Shown here piece after piece: positions 39,146-50,506 of a stretch of DNA of 64,000 nucleotides. The stretch is from Syncephalis fuscata S228 (Eukaryota; Fungi; Zoopagomycota). The notes beneath the pieces are model-generated. The model had not been told where the DNA came from and did not search any database. It saw only the letters and a list, made by a program, of their open reading frames with translations. How positions within the stretch are numbered: the stretch's first letter is position 1; each line of letters begins with the position of its first letter. A program made the translations under genes and the position numbers. The stretch covers positions 682,001-746,000 of the forward strand of contig JAHLTZ010000001.1 in NCBI GenBank assembly GCA_025786725.1, given 5' to 3'.

Positions 39146-40259
39146 ATGCATTCCACTTTGCTTTTCTCTTCTGCTGCCGCAGTTGTTATCTTGCAAGTTC
39201 TTTCTGCGACTGCCATATATGTGCCCCCAAATCCAACCACTAGCAATTATAAACCTGTATCAAAGCTGCCTAAAGGAAAGATCGCATTTACAAAGATCGA
39301 ACAAGGCAGCAACAATTTGTGGTTTGGTGACAAGGCCGAAGGTGCTGCTGTAGATAAAGAAGGCAATATCTATGCAGTTGATATGACCGCTTCTGGAACT
39401 GACGCCAAGCGACTTCTGAATAACGTTGGCCGCCTTGATTCCTCCAACAAAGCCAGTATATTCTACACCGATTCAGATACCACTACCTATGTTAATGGTG
39501 TCGGTTCGTTCAACCACGGCAAGGAGCCAAGGGTGGCCGTGTTTTATTGGCAGATGTTACAAACCACCGTGTTATCGAAGTGTCATGGACTACTCCAAAT
39601 ACACCAGAAAAGCTAACATTGGTGGCAACTCCGAACGTCGTATTCTCTGCAAAAACGATAAGATGCTGCAGCCTAATGATCTTGCCGTGGCACCAAACGG
39701 CAAGCATGTTTACCTTACAGGGATGAAAGGAGATAACACCAGTGGATCTGGCGATCTTTGGCTCTGCGATGAAAAGGGCGTGGCTACACTTCTCGACACC
39801 ATGGGTCGCACCAATGGTATTGAAGTGTGTCCGCTTGGCGACTATCTTTATGTTACAGAGGCCGTTGGTGGATGGACACCTACAGCTGGTTATATCTGGA
39901 GATACACACTGAATAAAACCACCGGAAAGCCCGAAGGCAAGAAAGAGCTGTTCTTTGATTTCCAAAAGTACGATCAATCTGGCTCGACTGACAGCGATGG
40001 TATGCGTATTGACAGCGCTCATAATCTTTACGTAACACGCAATGGTGGCAAGAAAGTGGTTAAAATTAGTAAAGATGGTAAAGGCCAGACCATTGAAACC
40101 CCATTTGAAAAAGTAACCAATCTGGAAATGGGTGGCAAAGACGGAAAGACACTTTATGTCGTTGGCTCATGTTCAAGCTCGAAAGGGGACGGTACGACTG
40201 GCTGTGTAGCCAAGGCATCGGTTCCAATTGCAGGCCGTGCTTGGAAAGAACTACAGTAA
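39146..40259 (+). CDS. Secreted SMP-30/gluconolactonase-family protein, paralog 2b
   Basis: Near-identical to 2a; different 1-nt deletions near 39501 and 39618. Confidence 0.85.
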
Positions 40260-41622
40260 ACAGAATCCATCTTAAATTATGTGTTGTCGTTATACATATT
40301 AAATAAAGATGGCTTAACCAAATAATATTATACAATTTTATTAATGTAGAATGTTCTAACACAACCGCAAATAAACTATGGTAAAAACATAGTCATGAAT
40401 TACCAGACTATCTTTACTGGCTGTTTTCTAGAAGCAATCAATCCAATAATACCATTACACTTAATTGCGCTAAATATTCTTACCAATCAAGCAAACTTTA
40501 CATATACATTAATTTGAATATGATATCATAGCTATTAAAAAACGAACATTTAATATGGATAATACACATTTAATGATGACAATACAATTTAAAAATAGAC
40601 ATTAGATTACTTGCCAAAAACTCCGTACTGAATAGCATTTTTGTTGCAAGAATAAATAACCAATTTTTATTCAAATAATTAAAACAAAAATTAAATTATT
40701 AAAGTTACAACCAAATGCTTGTAAATATTAGTAAAATAAAATTATTTTTATCTAGTATTGTGCATTAATCTGAAATCTTACAAGTAAAAAATGCAATATC
40801 GGTACAAGGAATATAATATCCCGGTTGGTCTGTCTTTTAAATTATTTCACATAGCATCATTGAGCCGATATTACATTTTTGTATATGCTTTTACTTAATT
40901 TGTCACTTATACTTTGAAATCCAGACAAAGTTCTTTGGAATCTTCTTCGTTTGTTTTTTTAGTAGCTAATTTACCGTTTAAAGCTATCAATAAATTACGT
41001 GGGAATATGCTTAGCTTTATTTATTACAATATAATGGTAAGCCCATTGGATGCATAAATAAGCTCAATTAGGCAATGCCAGATCAAATAAACATTAAATT
41101 TCCGCTATTTAAATTTGGATATTAATTGCCCAAATGTGGCATTTTAAATTATTGTCAAGGCATGTAATCATTTATAGACTATTTCCATTTTGATTTTTAA
41201 TCATTCTTGGCAACATCTCAGGCTCTAAACTTAGTTATGTCGTAGTTTGCGTCGCGAGTAAGCAGCAAATTAAAATAAATAAATACGGCATTTGTTTGTA
41301 ATTTGGATATTGCTTTACACAGATTACCACTCTATTGGCATTGCTTTAATCATTCTATTTTCTAGTCGCTAGTCGCTAGTTATCTATTCTCTACTATTAC
41401 CACTTCTACTTACCTCTATTATACCTATCTACTACTTGCATAGTACTTTTATTCGACTCCTATTCAACTGCTACTTAATACTAGTCAATTAGCACCAATA
41501 CTTACACTCTACTGGATTCAGGAAATCCATATATACCAACTTTTATCTACTTCATACTATTCCTTTCTATTTTTCTGAACAAACAAGACTTTAAGGTTAA
41601 TTCAACATAGCCGAATCTCACA

Positions 41623-43053
41623 ATGCTGCTTAAAGGCATTGGAATCGTATCTCTTCTCTTAATTGCGCAGCAGGCCATACTAGCGTCTGCTGTGTCTCAA
41701 GGCATTGGCAGTGGTTATCAGCGAAATAGATTGGTAGCTCGTACATCACTATCCACGCCAATGAAATATTTTGGCGACAAAATTAATGGATTTTCCGTCG
41801 ACGAACAAGGCAACGTATACGGTATCGACTCTGCCATCTCTGGTCTTGCTTCAAACCGCCCAATTAACACTATTGGTCGTATTAAAACAGCATCAAACAC
41901 TTTTGATACGTTTTACTCGGATACTGAATCGTCCACCTACTTCACAGGCATGCGCATGGTCAAGAACTTAAACAATGCTGCAGGAGGACGTGCATTGCTA
42001 ACCGACAAAGCCAATCGCCGTGTTATTGAGCTTTCTTGGACCAGTAAAAGCACGCCGTCTTCACTTAGACTTGGCGCTTCCAGTAATGGTAAACGTAAGG
42101 TTCTTTGTAAGAACTCGCAATTTCCAATCCTTGCCGATTTGGCCGTATCTCCAAATGGAAAGTTTGTCTATCTTTCCGGTAGAACTACCGAGGGCGGCCC
42201 TACTGGTACCGTGTGGCTTTGTGACAAGGACGGCAAAACCACTCTTTTGGATACCATGGGTCCAACTCGAGGTATTGAGATTGAGCCAACTGGCAAGTAT
42301 CTCTTTGTCTCTGAGCTGGCAACCCAGTCAGGCAAGACGTTCAACAAGGTCTGGCGCTATAATATAAACAGTAGCACAGGAAAGGTCAGCGGCAAAAAGG
42401 TTTTCTACCAATTTGGTAGCGCTTCTTCTCCAGATGAAGCGGAAACTTTGTCTATTCGCGCTGACAGAATTGGCTCCATTTTCATTATGCGCCAAGGCCA
42501 TAGTGAGATCACCAAGGTTCGAGCAAGTGGCAAGCTTTTGGCCATAGTGCACACTGCCTACAGCTCCTCGGTCACCGTGGCACTAGGCTACAAAGATGGC
42601 AAGACATTGTACATTGGTGCACTGTGCCCAAATCCATCTACACCTACCACCGTTTATCCACCAACTACAACCACAACTAGTAGCTACTCATCAGCTCAGC
42701 CCACGTCGACAAGTGTCTACACTTCAACATCCACAAGTGCCTACAGCTCAGCAGCACCTACGACTGCATCTACATCTACCAGCTCATATAAGCCAACTCA
42801 AACGGCTAATCCTTATTCAAATAATTTGCAGAAACGAGCAGACAGTTATTATCCTAACGAGTCTTCAAACAATGGATACTATGGCTGCCTAGCTATTCAT
42901 CGTGCCACACAGCCAGGCCGTGAATGGTATGAACTACAGCCCAAGAAAAGCGGTGGCAGCGGAGGCTACGATGACTACGATGACTACGATGATGACTACG
43001 ACGATGAAGATGACTACGATGAAGACGACTACGATGACTACGATGACTATTAG
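41623..43053 (+). CDS. Secreted divergent SMP-30/gluconolactonase-fold protein with Ser/Thr-rich insert and Asp/Tyr tail
   Basis: Intact 476-aa ORF collinear with paralogs 1 and 2 (NTIGRI, NRRVIELSW, DLAVSPNGK, VWLCD, LLDTMG, GREWYELQ); metal-ligand positions substituted. Confidence 0.85.
   Translation: MLLKGIGIVSLLLIAQQAILASAVSQGIGSGYQRNRLVARTSLSTPMKYFGDKINGFSVDEQGNVYGIDSAISGLASNRPINTIGRIKTASNTFDTFYSDTESSTYFTGMRMVKNLNNAAGGRALLTDKANRRVIELSWTSKSTPSSLRLGASSNGKRKVLCKNSQFPILADLAVSPNGKFVYLSGRTTEGGPTGTVWLCDKDGKTTLLDTMGPTRGIEIEPTGKYLFVSELATQSGKTFNKVWRYNINSSTGKVSGKKVFYQFGSASSPDEAETLSIRADRIGSIFIMRQGHSEITKVRASGKLLAIVHTAYSSSVTVALGYKDGKTLYIGALCPNPSTPTTVYPPTTTTTSSYSSAQPTSTSVYTSTSTSAYSSAAPTTASTSTSSYKPTQTANPYSNNLQKRADSYYPNESSNNGYYGCLAIHRATQPGREWYELQPKKSGGSGGYDDYDDYDDDYDDEDDYDEDDYDDYDDY
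42967..43050 (+). repeat. Coding 9-nt-based tandem repeat (TACGATGAC)n encoding YDD/DDY
   Basis: Direct reading: YDDYDDYDDDYDDEDDYDEDDYDDYDDY. Confidence 0.9.
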
Positions 43054-43609
43054 GTAGTAAATCTAACTATACAGTAGTAAAAGCCGTAAAAGTAGCCAGT
43101 ACTATGCCTACTCGGTCTAGTCAGATTCAACCTGTAAAGGCGTTGTATCAAGATAAATAAAAACCATCTAATATAAAATAAGACTTGTTTATTTATTTGC
43201 TAGCATATTGTTGTAATAACGTAAATCTTATGATAGAGCTAATTTGCATTTATTTGCACAAGTTGTATTGTATTAGTAATTTTATGAAATATTAGTATCA
43301 ATACCATTAGTATAGGTGGTAGTAGCTGCATAAAACGATAAATTAGATGTGATTTTCATTCAACAAACACATCAATGATAATGGTGATTTTTTCTGGTAA
43401 TTTCTTGTCTTGACTGAATATCAAGATTTAAACTGTTTATTACAACATTATATAGTAAAACCCATGCTACACAACCTTTGAACAGCAACAAAGTATGAAA
43501 ATAATAACGTTTTGTTTTTGTAAAAAAGTCATTAATAACTTAGTATAATCCAGAGCTTAAACGATTACATTTAATAATCGTATAATCGAATTACAATTCG
43601 TTCTATCAA

Positions 43610-44065
43610 ACATAGAACTAAGCGGTGAGTAATACTGATGATCGAAATAACCATTGTTGTAAATTAATATTTAGTATGCAATATCCTCTATCTATATTAT
43701 TTTCATTGTATACTCATACTACTATATATATTGCACTCTTTGACTATGCTGTTGATTTCCTCGACTATTTCACCAATAATTCCCTTAACAAATTTAATCA
43801 TATGGGCCTTCGATTGAGTAGTACTTTAATAAAAGAATGTCACAGAATTCACATACATCTACGTATTCACCACTAATTAGTTTATTGTCGCAATACGATC
43901 TACCATCATCTTTTGTACAAATAAATTTACTTTTCAGCGAATATTCCAGCAAAAATCATACATCTTTCAAATCTTTTTTTGTTTTTTTTCCAACTCGTAT
44001 TTACGCATATTTCCAGCATTTTAAACATTTTGAAAGGTTGATTATCCATGTACAAATAGCCAAAG
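43610..44065 (-). pseudogene. Decayed third paralog of the GPI-type Cys-rich surface protein
   Basis: Fragments GYLYMDNQ, LEYSLKSKFICTKDDGRSYC, DVCEFCD, KFVKGIIGEIVEEINSIVKEC align in order with the 45691-46386 protein; several stops and frameshifts. Confidence 0.65.
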
Positions 44066-44603
44066 TGAAATAAATGTTTTTAATGGAAAAAACATGGTGA
44101 TTAGATCAATACGAAATAAAATTATTTGAAAGAAAAGCAAAAAAATTAGTAATAAATTAACGTAGTTTTATGGCCAATTTCTGTTTTATCATAATTTTGT
44201 ATGGTTAAATAAATGCAACTTGATATAGCATTGTTAATATACAATGCCATAATTATTTAAAATAAATCAGCCAAAGCATTGTCTGTATTTTGTAAATAAA
44301 GTAAATAATGGTTGTTAAACGATCTTGCTGTTTTTCAGTATACATACATTTTTTATTAAGTAACAATATAGCACTCTGATAGTATAAGACGATTAAGGTT
44401 GTAACTAAAGCTGCCATTGTAAATTGTTTTAAAATACTATTATTTGATCTTTAAAACCAAAATATATTTAAATTGGCTTATTATTCAATATGAGTAGCCA
44501 GTAGCTGGTGACTCCAAATAATTGTAAATAAAGAAAGCAAGAAAGTATTAGATAATTTTTATTGATAATAATTGATAAAATTGCATGATCTATTAAGAAA
44601 TAG

Positions 44604-45289
44604 CTAATAAGTGAATAACATTGTACCAATTACAATAAAGGCTGTTGAACTAACTATAGTAGCGCTGGATATACAGTAATTGGATCCTGTAAATGAAGAC
44701 AAAGATTTATCGACAGTGATCTTGCACGTTTTGCCTTTTTTTTGCCGAATCTAATAGGTTATTAATGCGTTCTTGACAGATGAGATTGAGATTGGTCAGG
44801 TGAACTTCCGCTTAGCGTTGCTTCAATAGGAGAACGTTCAAAATGTCCGCATTGCATTGCTCCGTAGTTAGCCATCAGTTTCTTGCTACAATATGAGCCG
44901 TCAGTATCTTTTTTACAAAAAATATCTCTGACTACTGGGTAGCTCAGCCAATATATATAATCTTCTTGAATTCCCAGTTGATTGTTGCCACCTCGTCTTT
45001 GCACGAGCTCTCAATTGCATCAAACGCTTTGTTCATTTGTTCATCCGTGCAACAATAGCCATTAGCACCACCAATAGGCGCACCACAAACGGATTACATT
45101 TTATGGATTTTAGTAGAAAATGAAAACATTTTAGTGAAACATCAGTGCCATCCAGTGCTTTTTGGCAGTTTTCTGAAATACGGAAAGAATTAGATATGGT
45201 GGATGTGGTGCCATTAGTGTTTGGTGTCTGTCCCATGGCTGCACCCATGATAGCCAGGAGTGGAATAGGGGTTTAAATGCAATAAGCAT
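44604..45289 (-). CDS. GPI-type Cys-rich surface protein paralog (multiple frameshifts; pseudogene or assembly errors)
   Basis: GQTPNTNGTTST, ISENCQKAL, CKKDTDGSYC and the hydrophobic C-terminus are shared with 45691-46386. Confidence 0.65.
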
Positions 45290-45690
45290 AGTGAGTAGCA
45301 AAGTACGAAAAAGATAATTGAAAGAAATAAGCAAACTGGCAATGAATCAGTGCTATTCTATATAAATTCATTCTTTGTTACAAACTTGCATAGCTGAATG
45401 AATGTAACTCGATGTAAAAACATTACTATTACAATGTTATAATTAGTTAAAATCAAAGCAATCGAGGCGTTGTCTAAAACTTTTGAATAGGCCAAATACC
45501 AGCTATTGAAGGCCTTTTCTGTTTGTTGATATACACACAACGTGTATTAACCAGTATTACAGTTACACCAACAACGCAATATGATTGAAACTAGTGATTA
45601 TTTTGAATTTAGGCTGTAAACAGAATCATTGCTAAATTCATTTTTTTATCCGCAATAGTCAATAAATTTGAATAATTTACTAATAAATAA

Positions 45691-46386
45691 CTAAAGAGTG
45701 AATAACATTGCACCAATTATAATAAAAGCTACTGAGCCAGTTATAGTGACACTGGAGATACGGTTACTGGATTCTGCGGATGAAGATGAGGAGCCGCTGA
45801 GAATCTTATCGCATTGCTTTGCAATATCGTTGGCTGATTCAGTTCTTTCAGCAATGATCTTTTTGGCAAACGAGGTTGATCGATTAGGATTCCATTTGAG
45901 TGTTGCTTCGACCAGAGAGCGTTCACATGTTCGACATAGATCTGCATCGGTGGCACTAGTTTCTTTTTCGACACAATATGACCCATCGGTATCTTTCATA
46001 CAGGCGGTGGCTACGTTTAGCGAGTAAGTCAGCCAGCTGTTGTAAACTGAAAAGGCCAACACTCGGTTTCCCTCCAGCTCATCTTTACATGAGCTCTCGA
46101 GTATGTCGAGTGCTTTATTGATCTGATTATCTGCGCAAACATGGCCGGCAGCGCCGTCAAAGGGTGCATCACAAACGAGTTTAAATGAAGCAGACGATGT
46201 GCTATATTTCAATGGTTTAGCGCACGCTAATGTCACATCGCTACTGTTCAACGCTTTTTGACAGTTTTCTGAAATGTTTGAAGGTTTAAATAGGGTGGAT
46301 GTGGTGCCATTAGTGTTTGGTGTCTGTCCTACGACTGCGCCCACGATAGCCAGAAGTGGAACAAGTGTTTTCAATAAAAGAGTCAT
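45691..46386 (-). CDS. Secreted, probably GPI-anchored Cys-rich surface protein
   Basis: Intact 231-aa intronless ORF: signal peptide, 10 Cys, Ser-rich linker, hydrophobic C-terminal tail. Confidence 0.85.
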   Translation of the reverse strand: MTLLLKTLVPLLAIVGAVVGQTPNTNGTTSTLFKPSNISENCQKALNSSDVTLACAKPLKYSTSSASFKLVCDAPFDGAAGHVCADNQINKALDILESSCKDELEGNRVLAFSVYNSWLTYSLNVATACMKDTDGSYCVEKETSATDADLCRTCERSLVEATLKWNPNRSTSFAKKIIAERTESANDIAKQCDKILSGSSSSSAESSNRISSVTITGSVAFIIIGAMLFTL

Positions 46387-47679
46387 GATAAATAGGCAAG
46401 TATTGAATAAATGGCAGTATAGCGAGTAAGGAGATTAACGGCTGACCAGTAGCTACTTTATAGCTAAATGGGTAGTACATTTATTATCACAAGATTTCAT
46501 AACTGAGCAGGTACGAACAATTACAGAGCTTGTGATAACATGGTGACACATGTGCGTTGTTAAAAAATGAAAGGGAATACTGGCTAGAACCTTGAGCAGT
46601 AGATGGACTAAACAAGTATTTTCAGATAGCCTTGTTTTTGCCGAATATGCACCTAGCCTATATCAACCTAGCAGCCCAATCATGCCATCGATGCTAGTAG
46701 CTTGAGCTTACCAGTTATGTATGAATTTGATATAATGGCCAATTAGAATAGATGATGAAGGTTGACTAGTATAGAATAGGTAGTGGTAAGCATTTAACAA
46801 AGTATAACATGATGGGAAGTGCAATTAATTGTTGGTGGCAAGCCTGTCTTTACGTTTTTATGTTAGTATAGTATGAGGAAAAACAGGTTTATTTATTGAG
46901 TGCTGGTGAAATTGTAGTCATTTATGATATGAATAGATTGATTTACAGCCGACTGCCAGTTATCATACACAGCAGCTATTTACATATTTGTGTGCTTGGT
47001 CATTTTGCTTCAATTAGAGTTTGTATTTTGTAGTTTTGACCGCTCATACTAATGTTGAATGTTTTATTAATAAATCATTTATGCTGCTTTGCTATTGATT
47101 GCAGCTACTATGCATGTTACTGCGAATAAAAGCACTGAGATATGCTGAAAGCTAACCAAATATGCTGATGAGTAAATAAATCATGTTTTGCAGCTACTGG
47201 ATTGTACAAGGCATAGATGAGCACAAATAACTATGTACTTATCTAGTACACAGCAAACCTATATAAATAATTTGATGTGTATAGTAGCAATATTGAGTCC
47301 TTAAAACGACTCTATTATATACATGTCTACCATGTTGTTTTGCACGCACAAAAAAAATACTTACTAACAATATAACTAAAAAGAAAACCATATAATTGCT
47401 TTTTATATTGCTTATTTATTTGCCATAACATTGCTGTTTTATCTTAATATTATTACAATTTTAATTTAAAAAAACTGCAGCTTAGATAACCAAGCAACAC
47501 CTTATCCTAGCATTATCCTATAGCATTCAGAATATAACTTGTTGGTTGTTTGATAGTAATTTAATATTAAAATTGCTTTATAACTATTAGTAATTACCAT
47601 AGCTTATCCATAATAAACAGAATAGCTAATATGAAATTAAAGCAAAGTAGTATGACTAGAAACCATTATATTTTATAGA

Positions 47680-49200
47680 TATTGAATAAAGCTATCACTA
47701 TATAATAAAATAACTAACAATAAAGCATGAATAGCTTATACTACTTCATCATTAAAATGGCATATCAGTTTATGCGGCTGCTTATATGTTTATAAATAGC
47801 AACTATTCACTAATCATATTTTCATAATGCCTGTTCGTTGTTAGTGATTAGTGCTGACACTCGATGTACGTATTTTCATGATTATTTATATGTAATGCTA
47901 ACATGTTTGTCTAATCACATGGTGTATTCTTGGTCATATTAGCATAACTACATAGCCATGACATTGGGATGGTAATAAGGCTATAGTAAAGATGCAGCAT
48001 TTTTTGCTTTTAGTAGCCATGGTCACTGCAAAAATGACTTATTTTATTTATAATGTCTTAAAATGCCGATAGTGTTAGTTTACAAAAATGTAAAAATATT
48101 ATGCCAATGCTATGGCAATATGCAGCAGTATTAAACGTGTGATTTTAACGCAGTTAGATAATAAACTCAATGACATGTAAATTAACAAATAATAGGAATA
48201 ATTAGATTAATAAAACGTTGCTAATACTACGTGCATCTTTATGTATAATGAAGTCAATTGTTTGATATTTTGCACATGTATACATACGAGATATAAGTAG
48301 CTGGCGGCAAGGTATACCATAGTTGTGCTGCATTATAGAACAATGACTGTGGTAATACGCTAATAAATGTACAGAATAACAGTTTTTATTCATTATGACT
48401 TGTATAGCTAGAATACAGCAAAATGATTGCCAGATTCGAGTTCTCCATGCTTAGCTGATCGACTTGGTATAAAATATGGAACAATGATTTTGCAACAAAA
48501 ATCAGTCAGAAATGCAATTTACGTGTTGTTAGTCAACGAAGCTTTATGTTATACGTATATGTATTTTGCATGATGGTCATAGTTAACGGCAATTGATACA
48601 TGTGTGTAGTCAAAATGACTATATCTAATGATAGCTGTTATAAATAAACAATAGTGGCATTACAGTTTTGGTTTTAGAAGCCGTAAGCTAAATAAATAAG
48701 CAACACCCTATGTCGAAGCTATTTTATCGCTTTAGCCTTTAATTCTGTTACCATTTAGCTTAACGATTATAATACAATATAATACTTGGTTAGTATTGCT
48801 TTGATAACAACTTACTTTTCATTGGTTATTATATATCATAATTCAACTATAGTGAACTGAATAGCTTGTATCATACTAAAGAGAAGATGAAACAGACATA
48901 TGCGCTTTGTTGATAATGAATAAGGTTATCGCTTTATAGTAGACACAGCTAATAAAGTTGAAATGCTTTAGTATTTCATCATTAAAGCAGCGTATCCGTT
49001 TATATAACAGCTCATTTATTCAAACCAACAAATAACTGTTGTTTATATCCACGTAAATGTGCTTCCTTGCTAGCAATTAGTATTAATATCCAATACACTT
49101 GCTAATCTTATCTGTTCACATGGGATGTTAACAGACCATCAAAGCATACAGCGTATTTCTTATTCATATCATCATAGCAATATGACCATAATATCAGAAT
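47680..49200 (+). repeat. Diverged non-coding direct duplication (about 47680-47970 vs 48915-49200)
   Basis: Collinear blocks such as aaagctatcactatata/aaggttatcgctttata, ttcatcattaaaatggcatatcagtttat/ttcatcattaaagcagcgtatccgtttat. Confidence 0.6.
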
Positions 49201-49542
49201 AGTAACAAATTGTTATAAGTAAAACTGCAACAATGCTGCAAATGCCATGCGTAAAATTAACAGACAATAGTGTGCTTTTAAATTGTCGGTTTAAAGTTGC
49301 TTTATACTACAAGACAATATTCAAATGATGATCTGCATAAGTATGCTGTCTTGTCACATGGACATCGTTATGTTGCCAGTGTGTATTTAAACGTTGTTCA
49401 CTATATACAGCATGTGATATAGATGAAAGAATACTTTAAATAAAGCACCATTAAACATGCCATGGCTACTTATCCACCACCATCACATTCTCTTTACTGT
49501 TTATTCTACCAGTTGTTTATATTCTAACACTACGCTATCATC

Positions 49543-49851
49543 ATAAAGCTATTTACCATTGTTACTTACATCATGGCCGTAGCCTTAATAGCAAGTGCGA
49601 CAATGGTTGATGCTAAGCCGAAACAATACCGCCGTGTTGTATAAAAACTAAGACAGACCGAACCTTATGGCAATCAATGTGCTTTACTTATTCTAAACTT
49701 TAATGGTAGTGCTTATAGCAAAAAACCATATTCCACTGTTGCTTCTAACCCATGCTGTGTTCGCACTGTTGGTAGTCCTAATGCCAATTACCCTGACTGT
49801 TGTCCCAACTTGGATGCTAATAATACTATATCTCGCCTGCAAGTGTTTTAA
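49543..49851 (+). pseudogene. Small secreted Cys-rich SVWC-like protein pseudogene
   Basis: One frame: ATA(M?)KLFTIVTYIMAVALIASATMVDA...RRVV*KLRQTEPYGNQCALL...NPCCVRTVGSPNANYPDCCPNLD; in-frame TAA at 49642. Confidence 0.55.
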
Positions 49852-50506
49852 TAATACCAAATAATCAAGACCTCAGCAAACTATATATCAATATAATATT
49901 AGTATAATGACATCTATCTTATAGTAGAACTGGTTTATTTTCATTATGGTGTTGTATCAAGCCGATGACCTTTACAATACTAATACTATTTGTATAAATA
50001 ATAACATGCCTAAAGAAAGAAGACACATGTCTTCTTTCATCCAAAATTACATTCTGGCTACAATAGCTAACAGCTTTCCAGTTAATTTTTAGCTTAACAA
50101 AATATTAATACTGAAAATATTCATTATACTGTAGCAATTTAACTTTATTCTTAAACATTGTAGCAGTTACACCACCATAATGACTGATGGTCAAAGATAT
50201 TAACAGTAGGATCACTTGTAATGCTCATAGAAATCATAGTATATAGTAAAATGGTTTATTTTATATTAACAAAAATACGGAGTACAATACAAGAAGAGAT
50301 ATACTTTTAAATACTAGTTTACACCTACATCCACAGTCTGAATATAAATAAAACAAACCAGTATAACACCAAGCGTGCAATATTGAGTCATATCTTTACA
50401 AGAATCATATTAAAGCATAGCAATGGTCATCTTTTATTTTATTTTTTATTTTTAAATACTATTTTTCTATTATTCTTTGCTTTATCTAGTATTGGCTTCC
50501 TAACTA

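Larger units (their letters stand above)
35886..40513 (+). repeat. Tandem segmental duplication, about 2 kb unit (about 35886-37863 and 38541-40513)
   Basis: The copies are near-identical through the gene and 3' flank and more diverged in the distal promoter. Confidence 0.93.

Noticed and set aside
42967-43050. Repeat considered as a CRISPR-like array
   Set aside because: No spacers; it is an in-frame coding microsatellite in a eukaryotic gene.
50015-50038. Palindrome GAAAGAAGACA-CA-TGTCTTCTTTC
   Set aside because: Isolated short hairpin with no supporting context.
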